Assembly (NCBI RefSeq): GCF_000142905.1
Contig: NW_013657670.1
Span: forward strand, 335,498-399,497
Source of the DNA: Thecamonas trahens ATCC 50062
Lineage: Eukaryota > Protista > Apusomonadida
DNA: 64,000 bases
Direction: 5' to 3'
The notes beneath the pieces were generated by a model. That model had not been told where the DNA came from. It saw only the letters and a list, made by a program, of their open reading frames with translations, and made no database searches. Both the position numbers and the translations under genes were made by a program. Positions 42,513 through 54,828 of the stretch are shown piece by piece. The stretch's first letter is position 1; the number at the start of each line of letters is the position of its first letter.

Positions 42513-44514
42513 TCATGACCGATAAGCGTACGAGCGGCGGCGGGCTGAGCCGGCCGATGTACGGCGGGCCGAGCCGACCTTGACATGTGGCGAGTCAAAG
42601 GCAGGCGGGCTCGCCGGTGGGTGGACAGTCGGCGTGCTTGTCGGCGAGTCAGACTCAAAGTTGAGGTGCCGCCGGTCGACGGTGACCGGCGACTCGATGT
42701 AGCCGTGCGGCGGAAGGTCCGACATCCACTCCCACATCATCTCGGTCTCGCCGCGGATCTTACGCGGCGCCTCGCGAACCGACGGGTTGGAGAGGACCTT
42801 GTGGACGGCAAGGCCCCAGATCCGCTCCCACCGCGAGTCCGACAGCTGCTCCGGCGAGAGCAGGGTGTGCTTGATGTGCGAGCGTGGAACCGAGCCGTTG
42901 AAGTCGAACAGCGTGCGCAGGACCGTGTTGTACAGCGCCGCCGCGTCGGCATTGTCCATCGCCGCCGCCTTGGCCTTCATCCGCCACCACATGATCAACG
43001 CGACCAGAATGAGCGCGCCGCTGACCTCATACAGGTATGTTCTGAGTGTCTCCAGCAGATAAGCCTTGGCCGAGCAGACCAGCGAGTACTGGGCCGAGCC
43101 CGGCGCAGCAAAGAAGAGCACTTTTCCGGGATGGGCCGCGACGTCGGACGGGACCCCGTTGTCCACTTGGTTCATCATAGCCACGTAGATTCCACTCGTG
43201 TTGGTGTACGTCGTGCTGGTAAACTGGCGGGCCGTGTCGTAGAGGAACGTGGGCCACGCAGCGTCCAGCAGCGGCAAGACCGACGACGGGGCCGAAGCGC
43301 GGATTGCATCCTTCAGCTCTTCCTCTTCCCACGCCCGCGAAGCCACTCCCCCACAGAAAAACTCGCCAGCCCGCGTTGCAATGAGCTTGACGCCAGTGGT
43401 AGCAACATATGCCTTGGCCCGGACAAGCTCGGGCACTTCGACACACTTTCCGTCGCGCAACATGCGGAACTGTCCTGAGCACGTGGCCGCTCCGCCCAAG
43501 CATGTGGCGCCGGACGGACAGGGGACACAGCCCGGTGGGGAAGGCGCGTGCGCCGAGTCAATGCTCGGACCCTTGTCGCAGTACACAACCTTGGGCGCAA
43601 AGAACGTCGGGTCGACAACAACAAACGCCACTGCAGCGATCGCCGCAAGGGCAAGCAGGCCACGGAAGCACATGGCCATGTCCGACGACCGACTATGCGG
43701 GGTCGCTGTCGCCGGTGTCGTCGGCGTCACCGGCATTGCCGGCGACACAGCCATCTTGGTGCTCCGCAGCGGCGTCGTCCCGCCCGACGTGAACCGCGAG
43801 TCGGCGATCGGTGACCGGTACGAGTACTTTTTGCCAGAGTACGACTCGTTCTTCCACAGCTACCGCCCTGGTTCTGCACCGCTGGCGACGGCTGAGGCGA
43901 GGGTGACGGCGAGGGTGACGGCGAGGGTGACGGCGAGGGTGATGGGGACGGATCAGGCGAAGGCTGGGGCGGCGGGGACGGTGAGACCGCGCGGCGGACC
44001 CGGTACACCAGATCGCCGATCTTCCCGCTCACCACCGCCATCGACGCCGCAACGGTGTCGGCCACCGACGGCGAGCGTGAACGCCGATTGTCGTCGTTCA
44101 TCTCTTCGTCGTCGTAGCTTTCATAGCCGTCGTTGTCCTCGGTCTCGACGTCGCTCTCGTCGGCCGGCCCCAGCTTCATCGGCGTGCCCACCACCGAAGC
44201 CTCCAGATGGGTATCGACATACCACTGCTCCAGCGCGGCGACCATGTCCTTGTTCTACCCCAGAGCACATCACATGAGTCCTCACCACCCACTCTCCCTC
44301 CTTCCCCTGCCCTCCCTTTGCCCACGACACAGCCTGCGCAGAGTGCGACTTTGGCGCCACAAGTCGACAGCGGTCAGCGAAGGGGGAGGGGGGTATGGAG
44401 TATGGAGCGTACCTTGCCATTAGCACGCAGCTCGCGTTCCTTGCACAGAGCCTGCAACACTTTGCGCTTAAAGGTGGGGAGCTCTTCTGGGTCGAACTCG
44501 GTGAGGCTGCTCAT
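42513..44514 (-). CDS. MAN1/Src1/Heh-like inner nuclear membrane protein (HEH/SAP-like N-terminus, 2 TM, MSC domain); exons 44413..44514 and 42513..44254, frameshift near 43860
   Basis: Exon 1 MSSLTEFDPEELPTFKRKVLQALCKERELRANGK|NKDMVAALEQW; CVPCPSGATC..C..KC luminal domain; two TMs; C-terminal GETEMMWEW. Confidence 0.8.
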
Positions 44515-44684
44515 ACCTCCCTGGCTCGAGTCGGGTGCCGGCTGCTGTCCGTGTCCGTCTCCGTGTCAGTGGTTGGTGACGGCGCGTTGGCGCGAGTGCG
44601 GGCGGCCGGTGGGCGAGTGGTGGCAGGGAGGGACCGAGCGGCACGTTGGCACCTGACTTGCTCACTCTCTCTCTTGCTGGCGCC

Positions 44685-45004
44685 ATGTCTGCAGAAGACC
44701 CTTTCGGAGACGCACCTGCTGCCGAGTTTGACGGCGGTACCATTCCGGTCATGAAGCTGAAGGATCCCGAGCCCGGCAACGGTCTGCAGATGCGGTTTTC
44801 TCTCGATGATATCCCCAAGGTATATATATATATATGCGCTGCAAGGGAAGGTGGTGGGAGGGGTGAAGGAGCGTGACGTAACGGGCGGTGTGGACTCATT
44901 ATGTGTGGGCGTGCAGATGGACCTACTGGGCAAGTCTGACCCTCAGTACGTATGCATGGAGTGTGGGGTGTGGGGGGGTTGTGCGTGCGTAGTGTGTGGT
45001 GTAT

Positions 45005-45042
<38 letters not shown>

Positions 45043-45450
45043 TGGTAGGGGTGTGCACCTGGCAAAGGAAGCCCTCTGTCTTTTGTCAGACTCATGGTGA
45101 TATGCATTGGGCTGGCAATGGGCAGGCTGCTGGTCTTTCTGATGGACCATGATGAGCACTGGATTCTGTACGGCAAGACTGAGTGGCAGAAGGACAAGAC
45201 GTCAGCGGTCTTCGACACGCCTGTCACCATTCCCATCGATGACGAGTTCAAGGAGGTCAAGATCCAGGCGTGGGATCTGGACAAGTTCAAGCCCGACCAG
45301 ATTGACGTCATGTCGAATCATGATCTCATCGGCACGGTCACCATCAACATCCGCAAGTTGGTGGACAAGCCCGAGTACTCGACCGCGCTCTACAACTCGA
45401 AGCTCTCCGGCGATGCCGGCCAGCTCACCATTTCTTCCACCCGCGTGTAG
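44685..45450 (+). CDS. Stand-alone copine-type C2 domain protein; join(44685..44819, 44917..44945, 45126..45450)
   Basis: MDLLGKSDP, GKTE, AWDLD and HDLIG Ca-binding motifs; phases are compatible. Confidence 0.8.
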
Positions 45451-45617
45451 GCGTAGGGAAGTAGCTGATGAGTTGTTCTTAAAGCAAGGCGGCCACCGCC
45501 ATGCATATCTGGCCACTTGCAGCATAGCATGGTTGTGATTGCATCTCACGCGGATGCGGGCAGCAGTTGCCTCCTGGCTGGAAGACACCACACCTGACTG
45601 GGGCAACAACTACAGCC

Positions 45618-46594
45618 ATGTCTCGCTCACGTCGCAAGCAGTCGTTTGGCCTCTCCACCGAGGTAAGTGGCGAACCAGCGTGTTGAGAAAGTGAATGAGA
45701 TGGGGCCCGCACGGTGTGTGGCCGATGGGGGTCTCTGGAGCGTGCTGGAGCGTGCGGGGAAGGGTGGGCGAAAAGCCAGCTCCATGCGCCCCCTCGCCAC
45801 CTGACCGCCAACACGCCAAAGGGCACTGTAGACGAGCTAGAGGATGAGAGGGAAGGAGAAAAGGGCACGCTGGCAAGATCAAACAAGGACGACGGGTTGT
45901 GTGTGTTTTGTGGAGGGAGCAAGAGCGTATTCGCCATGGTGTAGCGTGGCGTGGCGGACCAGGCTCGGCATGGGTGGCGTGGTGGGAGCAGCAGTTCCTG
46001 CGAATTGCATGTGTTGGTGAAAGTTGTTGGCCGTTTTTGGCGTCGGGCAATGGACGAATTTGGCCAAGAGGGGACTGATGCGGGTGGTTGGGAGGGCGGG
46101 GACAGGACGCTATGGACGCCGATGCCATCAACGAGTACAAGGGCATTTTCAAGGCCATTGATCTCAACAAGAACGGCAGTATTTCCAAGGCCGATCTTGC
46201 GTCGTCGCTCGCGGCATACGGCATCCGCATGTCACCGGCGCAGATCGAGGAGATGTGGAACGACACTGGGCTCTCTGACTCGTCATCGCTCTCGTTCTCG
46301 CAGTTTGTGTCGATGATCGAGGCAAACATGTCAGGCTATGTCACCAAGCCCATGCTGGGCGAGGCCTTTGAGTGCATCGAGGCCAACGTCGGGCGCGACG
46401 AGCTTGTTGGTGGCGGACCCGGCCCGAACAAGGTTCGCGGCAAGCTCAACGCCGACCAGTTCGAGAAGCTCCTCCTCACCACTGGTGACAAGCTGCGGCC
46501 GGATGAGGTCGATGCCTTCTTCTCCTTCCTCAAGGTCTCGGCCGGCGGCGAGCTCTCGACCGAAGAGCTGACCACGCTCCTCACCCAAGGCTGA
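45618..46594 (+). CDS. EF-hand calmodulin/myosin light-chain-like protein; join(45618..45662, 46106..46594)
   Basis: EYKGIFKAIDLNKNGSISKADL and LLTTGDKL..DEVD. Upstream exon MSRSRRKQSF ends gag|gtaagt. Confidence 0.78.
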
Positions 46595-46637
46595 GCAGGA
46601 TGCGTGTGCAGCGAGGACGTGGCGGATAAAGCGTGTT

Positions 46638-47996
46638 TCATGTTGTGGTGGTGGTGTCTGACGACGATGAGGACGATGAAGACGACGACGATGAGCTGGC
46701 GCCGTCGTCGTTGCTGTCAAACACACCCACGGACTTGTCGTCATCGGCTTCCGGCTCGTCGTCGGCTTCATCGTCTTCGTCGTCGTCATCATCGTTCTCC
46801 TCGTACTCGTCGGTCTCTTCGTCAGCCTCGGAGACCGCTTCGTCGTCGCTGTCGTCGCCGTCGTCCGAGACCATGGCACCAGGGATGTTGCGGCGTGGGT
46901 CGACAAAAGCCTGCGGGACAACCATGGCGCGGCCATCGTCGTAGAGAGTCTCCATGGCGGCACGCATGGCCTCAAGGTCTTCGGGCGCGTGGTGGTTGGT
47001 GTGGAGCTGGGCGGCGCGGAGGACAACGCGAGGATGCTCGACAAGCATGCGCCGTGCGCGCTCGAGCGGCGAACACGCCGGATCGAGGCGGTCAGGCGCG
47101 AGAAATTTGGCATGCGGGCGGTGGACGGGAGCGCCGACGACGTTGACCGGGTGGGCCCGCTTTCCAGTGCGGACGCGGTCCTGGGCGAGGGTTAGAAAGG
47201 TGGCGGCGATGGTGTCGCGGATGACAGCCTCAAGGCGCATGGCGGCAAAGGCCCTCAGTGGACCATCAAGCACGCAGGCGCGGGCGCGGGTTGCAGGATC
47301 GGAGACGCGCGCCTTGGCCAGCTCGTCCCACACTTCGTCGACGAGGGCAGTGACGGCCGGCAGGGCGTCGGCGTGGGCGGCCTTTTCCGACGCCAAGCCC
47401 TGGATCATCTCTTGGACTCGCACCTCGGCCAGATCTCGAGCGAGGACCGGGGTGAAGCCGACCCGTGGGTCACCGACCACATCGCGCTTCTTCAGCTCTT
47501 CCGAGACCAAGGCAAAGTCGTGGGCGACGACGGGCGCAGTAATAACCGGCGACTGTAGGACCCGCGACCGCGGGAGCGGGACAGCAAACTCGTACAACTC
47601 GTTGTCAAAGATGAGATCATCGTCGATGGTGGCAAGTTCGTCAGCGCGTCCGAGAAGGCCCGGCGGCAAGTCGCGATTGAGCGGAATGTCCCCAGCCTGC
47701 CGCGGCGCATCGTCGACGCTCAGCGGCCACGTTGTGCTCACCCACTGTTCCAGCCGCGGCGGCCGGGTAGCAGCCAGCTTGCGGGCCAGTTTCAAGTGTC
47801 GCAGATTACAAACAACCCGGTTGGGCTGGCGATGCTTGGGCAGTCTCGCCTCCTTGGTCCTTGTCCGTTTGGCCTCGCGCTCGATGTCGGTCATGGAGCT
47901 CCTCCGCCGCTTCCGGCGCCGGGACTCACCAGCGTCTGCTCCAGCCTCTTCCATCGCTGCCACCACCCCATTACCCTTCCTCTCTCCAGCCGACAT
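46638..47996 (-). CDS. Hypothetical nuclear protein (basic N-terminus, acidic C-terminus)
   Basis: 452-aa ORF with coding-like bias, RRRKRRR NLS and a D/E tail; no recognised domain. Confidence 0.65.
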   Translation of the reverse strand: MSAGERKGNGVVAAMEEAGADAGESRRRKRRRSSMTDIEREAKRTRTKEARLPKHRQPNRVVCNLRHLKLARKLAATRPPRLEQWVSTTWPLSVDDAPRQAGDIPLNRDLPPGLLGRADELATIDDDLIFDNELYEFAVPLPRSRVLQSPVITAPVVAHDFALVSEELKKRDVVGDPRVGFTPVLARDLAEVRVQEMIQGLASEKAAHADALPAVTALVDEVWDELAKARVSDPATRARACVLDGPLRAFAAMRLEAVIRDTIAATFLTLAQDRVRTGKRAHPVNVVGAPVHRPHAKFLAPDRLDPACSPLERARRMLVEHPRVVLRAAQLHTNHHAPEDLEAMRAAMETLYDDGRAMVVPQAFVDPRRNIPGAMVSDDGDDSDDEAVSEADEETDEYEENDDDDDEDDEADDEPEADDDKSVGVFDSNDDGASSSSSSSSSSSSSDTTTTT

Positions 47997-48330
47997 GCCA
48001 GCAGCAACAGCGAGTGGGGGAGGGTGCTACGGTTGATGATGGCGATGCGGCAGCAGAACCAGCGTAGCAAGATCCGTGGGTGTTGGAGGGTTGGGAGGTT
48101 GGGGGGGTTGGGGGGTTGGGCAAGGGACAGGAGGAGAGGATGTGGATGTGGAGTGGTTGTGATTGGTGGTTGGTGGTTGTGGTGTGTGGAGGTGGAGGTA
48201 GTCGATGGCTGTGGTGTGGGTGGTGTGTGCGGGTCGGCCGAGTGTGACGGGCAGAGTGGCTCTGTGGGAGAGTGGGCGGGGGCGGGCTCGGGCTGAGGTT
48301 GGGTATCTCTCTCTCTTTCTCCGTCAAGCT

Positions 48331-48840
48331 ATGGCTGACGCTCCTGCTGGCGCAACACCGTACCCTGGTACGGACGAGGGAGAGGGGGAGATAGGCGGTG
48401 TGCGGCGGGTTGTCTGGTGTGTGTGTGGGGTTGGGGAGGGTTGGGAAGGAGGGTGAGGAGAGAGGGAGGGAAGGGGGGAGGGTGGGTGGGAAGGAGCGGC
48501 GAATACTGTTTGTCGCGNNNNNNNNNNNNNNNNNNNNNNNNNNNNNNNNNNNNNNNNNNNNNNNNNNNNNNNNNNNNNNNNNNNNNNNNNNNNNNNNNNN
48601 NNNNNNNNNNNNNNNNNNNNNNNNNNNNNNNNNNNNNNNNNNNNNNNNNNNNNNNNNNNNNNNNNNNNNNNNNNNNNNNNNNNNNNNNNNNNNNNNNNNN
48701 NNNNNNNNNNNNNNNNNNNNNNNNNNNNNCTAAACGGTGGGAAGGAGCGGCGATTGTGGAGAGGAGGGAGTGGCAAGGGGGGGGAGGGGGGAGGGGGAAG
48801 GGGACGGAGAGGGAGGTGGGGGAAGGATATGTGACTCATG

Positions 48841-48886
<46 letters not shown>

Positions 48887-49264
48887 CTTGTTGTGGCTCT
48901 GGCTCTGGCTCTGGCTCTGGTGGTCGTGGTGGTGGTCGTGGTGGTGGTCGTGGTGGTGGTCGTGGGGTGGGTTGCGGGCTGTGTGGTGTGGGGGTATGGA
49001 TGGACAGTGGTCAACGCGGCCCCGAATGTGGCCGAGACCGTGGCCAACTTTTCAATGGGCGACGTGTCCAAGTGGGCGCTGATGACCGGGCTCTCGCTGC
49101 CGTTTGGCTGGGCCATCGGCAAGCCGATCCGGATGCAGACCATGGTGATGGCAGGCTCGATCGGGTTTGTGGGCGGCTTTATGTGGGCGTACCAGAACGC
49201 GGCTGGGCGGCTGATGGGCACGTTTGAGAACAAGTCTGAGGTCAAGCGGCACTACTCGCAGTGA
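48331..49264 (+). CDS. Complex I accessory subunit NUXM/20.9-kDa type; join(48331..48367, 49008..49264)
   Basis: PYP|VVNAAPNVAETVANF...GFMWAYQNAAGRLMG..EN..EV. The intron spans a gap. Confidence 0.82.
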
Positions 49265-49320
49265 GTCTGCTCGGCAGCGTGAATAAAGACAGAAAGCGTC
49301 TCGCGGCGCCTGGGGTGTTA

Positions 49321-49953
49321 CTAAAGAGCCGGACGCGGGTGGGAGCGCAGGTAGTCGACCACCATCTCCGGGCGCGAGTTGACGTGCTGGTGGCCGTGGT
49401 CGACGGTGATCCACTCGATGACGTTGTTGTTGACGACGGCGGCAAAGAGATGAAGGCCAGACTTGGCGCCCTCCTCGAAGTGCGGGCAGACGAGGCCAGC
49501 GCCGCGGGCAAAGACGCCGTTGGCGTCGGACACGGTGGTCCACACCTCGGGATGCGGGGCTTCGTGATGGTGGCGGGTAAAGGCGTTGTTGGCAAACGGA
49601 TCCGAAGCCATGACCATGACGATGGCGTCGAGGCCGAGATCATCGTAGTTGTGGTAGACCTGGCGGACCATGTCCTTGAACTGGACGTCTGCGCCGGGCT
49701 CGTAGGCGGCGGCAACCGAGAAGAGCAGCACCCGCTTGCGGGCAAAGAGCCGCGGCGAGCGGACAAGCTTGATTTTGCCCATATGCAGCGTCGAGAAGGT
49801 GGTCAGCGGAAGCTCGTCGCCCGCCGAGACCGGAATCTGCGTCACCTCGCCGGTCTCGCAGTTCTGCTCATACCGGTGGACTGTCTCCGAGTAGGCCGCA
49901 GCGACGAGCGTGGCGAGCGCAACCGCTGCCATAAGCATGTGCAGAGCGTACAT
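49321..49953 (-). CDS. Signal-peptide-bearing peroxiredoxin-5-like protein lacking the catalytic Cys
   Basis: GDELP, LFARKRVLLFSVAAAYEPGA (vs PGAFTPxC), SDPF, SDANG.F and FAAVVNNNVIEW. Confidence 0.72.
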   Translation of the reverse strand: MYALHMLMAAVALATLVAAAYSETVHRYEQNCETGEVTQIPVSAGDELPLTTFSTLHMGKIKLVRSPRLFARKRVLLFSVAAAYEPGADVQFKDMVRQVYHNYDDLGLDAIVMVMASDPFANNAFTRHHHEAPHPEVWTTVSDANGVFARGAGLVCPHFEEGAKSGLHLFAAVVNNNVIEWITVDHGHQHVNSRPEMVVDYLRSHPRPAL

Positions 49954-50161
49954 AGTAACGTGTCACGTGTGTGTGTGGGGAGGGAGGGAAGGAGGGAGAG
50001 GAATGCCTTGGCCTTGGCTGGCTCCGAGGTGAGCTTGTGCTGCTGACGTCGGCGACGTCGGCGGCGCAGGGGAACGTGTGAAATTCACGTGAAAGTCGCG
50101 AGTTGGGGAGAGGAGCAGCGCAAGCGTTCACTAGGGGGCGATGATTTGAGTATGAGGACAA

Positions 50162-51449
50162 TTATGCCTCGGTAAAGGCAGCGAGGACGTTGAGGCGGAG
50201 GGTGAACTCATCGACCTTGGCGCCAGTGAGCGAGCCCGAGTCGATCATGCGGGTGAGACGAGCCGGCTCGGTCTCGACGTAGTCGTCACCGCGGGCCACG
50301 ATCTTGGTCATGGCCTGCGAGTAGAACTTTGCGGCCTTGGGGAAGGCGCCGTCGTACGACTCAAAGAGGGCCTTGGCGGCGTCGATAAGCGAAGCGCGGG
50401 TGGCGTCGTCGGCCTCAAGGAACTGGGCGGCGAGCTCGTCGAGCTCGGCAACGCGGCCGGCGGCCGAGGTCAGCGAACCGTCGGTGGTGCGGAAGGTGCC
50501 GCACTGCGTGTTGAGGTACTCGACAATGTCGTCGGCGGTCCGGCCGCCAGTGTACTTCTCCTCACCGGACTTGTCGTCCTTGGCAAAGGCCTTGATGGTG
50601 GGGAAGCCCGAGACATCGTACTTGGAGCCGATCTCGCGGTGCTTGTCGGCATCGAGGGCGGCGACGACGCAGTTGGGCTCGTTGGCAAAGGCCTTGGCCA
50701 CCTTCTCCCACTCGGGCGCAAGGGCCTTGCAGTGGCCGCACCACGGCGCAAAGAACTCGACAAGAACAAAGGCGTCCTCGTTGAGAACGACGTCGTCAAA
50801 GTTGTCCTGGTTCAGCTCGACGACGGCCGTCGGCTTCTTCTTGAGCTTCTCCGACAGGCCGGTCTTCGAGTTGACAAAGGCCACCAGATCCTCGGCCGTC
50901 CGCCCGCCAGAGTAGTCCTCAGGCTCGGTCGAGCCCTTGGGGAAGAACTTGAGGGTAGGGAAGCCCGAGACACCAAACCGGCTGCCGAGCTCGCGATGAG
51001 CATCAGCATCCACAGCGGCAATGACCACCTCGGACGAGTGGCGGGCAAAGGTCTCGCCGAGCTTCTCCCACTCGGGCGCGAGGTTCTTGCAGTGGCCGCA
51101 CCACGGCGCAAAGAACTCTGTCGTACACCATCTCCCACCGCATGCCTATGAGTGTGGGGCGGAGGGGAGGGTGTGTGTGCGTGTGTGTGTGTGTGTGGGG
51201 GCTGTGTGGGGACGGGCATGTGCCTGTCGGTGACCTCAGCAAGCGAAGAAAATGGTTCCTCCGACGCGACCTGTTGTCAGCTGGGAGAAGAGGGGGGGGG
51301 GAGGGGGGAGGGGGTGGCGTACCGACAAAGACGTGCTTGGAGCCGTCGAGAACAGAGTCAAAGTTGTCCGGGGTGAGGGTCACACCGCCGGCAGAGGCAA
51401 GGAGCGGGAGAGCGCAGAGGGCAAGGACGACAATCGCGGCGACCTTCAT
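50162..51449 (-). CDS. Protein disulfide isomerase, PDI-D/ERp38 type (a-a'-ERp29c); join(51323..51449, 50162..51117)
   Basis: Signal peptide, two FAPWCGHCK thioredoxin domains and a helical D domain ending RLNVLAAF. Confidence 0.92.
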
Positions 51450-51564
51450 GATGATGCGGGTGGGGAGTGAGGTGTCGCCCAGCTCAGCTCAGACCTGGCC
51501 AAAGGGGTGCGACTCGTGGCGGGCGCGATCGTTAATTGTGGGGAGGCGATGTTTAACAGCAGTG

Positions 51565-53408
51565 CTAGTTGGGAGTGGCGGCGGGGCTGGCGGGTGCGGG
51601 TGGGTGGACAACGGCCTCGACCATCTCGAGCAACTTGTAGCCGACCATGGCAAAGCAGGCAGCAGCGGTGGCTGCGGGCGAGGTATCGGGAGCGAGATCG
51701 CGCTGCTCCACCCGCTCGAGGAGCGCGGTGAGCGAGGCCTCGAGCGCCGCGGCCTGGGCCGCCGAGAACGGCCACTGGCTGTTCTTGTGGCCAAAGTTGT
51801 ACAGCGCCTTGCACGCAACGTCGAGAACCCGGAGCGCTGACGGAGCGTCGAGCAGATCGGCGTCGGCGGCTTTCGAGCCCACGACGCGGATGAGCGCATC
51901 AACGCCGCCGTGCTGCTGCAGCGCAGCCTTGGACGCCGGCGACGCCTGCAGGTTGGTGACGACGCCAGCAACGGCAAAAACCACGTCGTCGATGTCAGAG
52001 TCGAGGAGAACAGCCATGGCCTCGTCGGCGCGCAGCTTGGCCATCAGCACACGCATGTCTTCAAATCGCGAAAAGTTGCCGTACGCCCGCGCCACGTGGT
52101 ACACCATCTCCCAGTTGGGCTGCAGCAGGAGCGGAAGCAACAGGCGGACCACACGCGCCCGGCCTGCCAGCACCACGTTGCCTTCGCTCGCCTCGGACTG
52201 GGCAAAGAACGAGACGTTGGTAACAAGCGCCACGCAATTGAGCACAAGCTCCTCCGAGTTCTCCACTGCCAGCCGCTCCATCAGGTCGAGGACGCGCTCC
52301 AGCTGCGACGCGCACGCAACCCGCTCGCCAACCGCGTGGTCGACGCACAAGTTTGCGGTCAGCCGGACGACCTTGACCAGCACCTCCTCCAGTGCCAGCC
52401 GCTCTGCGCGCGCGGTGTCGTCATCGGAGCTGCTATCGGCCGCAGTCAGCTGCTCGTGGCTTGCTACGTAGCGGTCGATGGCGGAGAGGAGTCCACTCAC
52501 AAAGCGGCGGCTGCCCAGCGCCGCACACACCGCCGGCCGCTGGGTCGTCACGTTGCCGAGCGCAAAAGCGAGGCGGACAACAAGCGGATGGCGCTGCGCC
52601 TGGCTCCGCAGCACGCGTAGCATAGTCTTGCCTAGCCCGCTTGCGTCGCGCGCCAGCTCGTCGGCGGCACCTGCCAGGAGCGAGGCCTTGGACAGGACCC
52701 GCGCCACGTTGAGGCTCAGCTCCGAATGCTTGGCAAAGCGGTCAAGGAGGGCGACAAGCGAGGGCAGGACGCCCGCGCCGACCACAAGTTCGACGGCGGC
52801 GTTGAGGTTGAGGCATGTCCGCAACAGTGCGGTGACTTGGACCAGCGTCTGACCGGCACGCGCCTCGCCATCGTTCTCGGCCTGTGCGATGAGCTCTGCC
52901 ACCGTCGCCGGCGAGACGAGATCGGCAAGCACACTGGTGAGCTCGGCACGAAGGACAGCCTTGAGGACGGTTTTGGAGCCGGCGCACACGTTCTTGAGCG
53001 TGCCGAGCGCAAAGAGCGCGGTCGACGAGCCGAGCGGCGCTCTTGCTACGGTCTCGACAAGCTCGCTAGCGCTTGCCGCGTTGGCCGCAAAGTGCGTGTC
53101 GTTGGCTTCTTTCTTGGAGAGCCGAAACAGGAGCTTGGACGCGTTCAGCACCACAACAGGCAGCGAGTAGCCGAGCGCCAGGATGGTGAGGCCGAGTGGG
53201 ACAAGGATGTGCCCGTCGTCGAGCGCTACGAGATCAAAGAGCGCCCGCAGGACAGTATGGCGCTCGTCGTCAGACCATGCTGCCTCGACGTCACGGGCCC
53301 ACTCGCCAAATGCAGCTACCTCGCGAGCCAGCGCCTCAGTGGCGCCCGGCGGTCCAGGTGTGGCGAGGTCGGTTGCGAGGTCAGCAAGGCGTGCCATCCA
53401 GGCCGTGA

Positions 53409-53439
<31 letters not shown>

Positions 53440-54020
53440 GCGTCGAACAGGCACAGCCGGCCGCTTGGCCGGGCTTCCACTTGCACCCAGAGGACGCTCG
53501 TCTGAGGGCGGTGACGGAGTTTGCGGCGGTGGCGGCGCGAGCTTGCGCGGCGGCGGCAGGGCACGGGCGGCAGCCGACGGGCGAGCCTGCGGCGGAAGCT
53601 TCCGCCTTGAGCCGCGGAGGATCGGACGTTGTGAGCGATCGGTGCTCCGGACAGGTGGTAGAGCTGATGAGCTGCCAAGCGGCGGAAGAGCGCCTGCTGG
53701 TCCGGCATTGAGTGGCGGGAGCACTCGCGGAGGGGTTGGCGGCCGGAGGCCCGAGCGAAAGGTGGCTGATGACGGCTTGGCCGACGCTGTGGGTGGACGG
53801 GCAGCGTCATAGTCACCCGAGTCAAACAACGACCGCTGGTCCCGGGCAGGTGTGACTGGATGCAGGGATAGGGGGTGCGGTGAGTGGGAGGAGCAGGGTG
53901 TGTGGTGGTAAGACGGCGGCGTGGGGCATGCGTACCAGGCCGGAGCGGGGTGAGGAGCGAGGCCCGTCCGGGGCGGGCGGTGCGTGAGCGGAGCGGAATG
54001 GGGGCTCGGCGGCCGTGCAT
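51565..54020 (-). CDS. ARMC2: Armadillo repeat-containing protein 2; join(53936..54020, 51565..53855), possible additional 5' exon
   Basis: Spliced N-terminus LRPVTP..QRSLF..RPPTA; EELVLNCVALVTNVSFF, ARAYGNFSR, GVVTNL and ACKALYNF. Confidence 0.82.
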
Positions 54021-54219
54021 ACTCCTGTCTTTGTGAGTGCGTGTGTGTGTGTGTGTTTGGTGGGTGGGGGTGATGGGTGAGGTGTTTGGCGCCAAGTCGG
54101 CGGGCGGCGGGCGGCGGGCGGCAGGCGTGAGGGTACGATGTCGGAGTTCATTCGGCGCTCGGCGGCTCGTCGACGACGGCATTGGTGGTGTTGTCGGATG
54201 CAGGCTGTAGGGGACAGGC

Positions 54220-54828
54220 CTACGGCTCTGTGTCGGCAAGACGGACGCCCGGCCCAAGATCGTCCCACGTGTGGCGGCGGGGCTCAGAAGGGCGCAGCGG
54301 GCGTGAGGCGGCGGCGGCGGCGGCGGCCGGTGTCGAGAGGAGTGAGAGGCGCGGAGCGCGCGGAGTGGTCGACGAGCTCGTGAGCAGGCGGACCTTGGCA
54401 GCGCAGAGGCCGCGCTCGGTCCGCTCGGCATGGAGCTGGTGGAGGAGCGCATTGACGCCCGAGTAGACCTGCTGGGTCGGCGGTGGGACCGGCGAGAGTG
54501 ACGGCCGCGGCGGGACGGCACCGCGGAGCGAAGATGAGAGCGGCGGCGCAAGATCCATGCCCCTCAGCGGAGCATGGCGCTTGGCTGGACGCACAAGATC
54601 CATGTCGTCGGGCGCGGCGAGCGGGAGAGCGCTTGGGCTCGAGTCCGACGGCTTTGCGCGCCAGACCACCATCTCGGCCTCATCGTCCGAGTGCAAGCTC
54701 AAACTGTCGTCCAGCTGCGATCGGCCGCGCTTGCGCCCGCCTGTATCTTGACCTGGGCTGTGTGGGCCTGCGGCACGCGGGAGGTCAGCGAGCGGCTTGC
54801 GCATCTTATGCGGGCGTGGCGGCAGCAT
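54220..54828 (-). CDS. Hypothetical low-complexity protein with a YxxxNxLLxxLH helix
   Basis: Open frame with RKRGR and a VYSGVNALLHQLHAER helix; start uncertain. Confidence 0.5.
   Translation of the reverse strand: MLPPRPHKMRKPLADLPRAAGPHSPGQDTGGRKRGRSQLDDSLSLHSDDEAEMVVWRAKPSDSSPSALPLAAPDDMDLVRPAKRHAPLRGMDLAPPLSSSLRGAVPPRPSLSPVPPPTQQVYSGVNALLHQLHAERTERGLCAAKVRLLTSSSTTPRAPRLSLLSTPAAAAAAASRPLRPSEPRRHTWDDLGPGVRLADTEP

Noticed and set aside
1489-49082. ORFs reading through N runs (gaps at about 1550, 12722, 18110, 21635, 29163, 34865 and 48518)
   Set aside because: Artefacts of translating assembly gaps.
50162-50180. PDI lacking KDEL/HDEL
   Set aside because: Normal for PDI-D/ERp38 proteins with an ERp29-like C-terminal domain.
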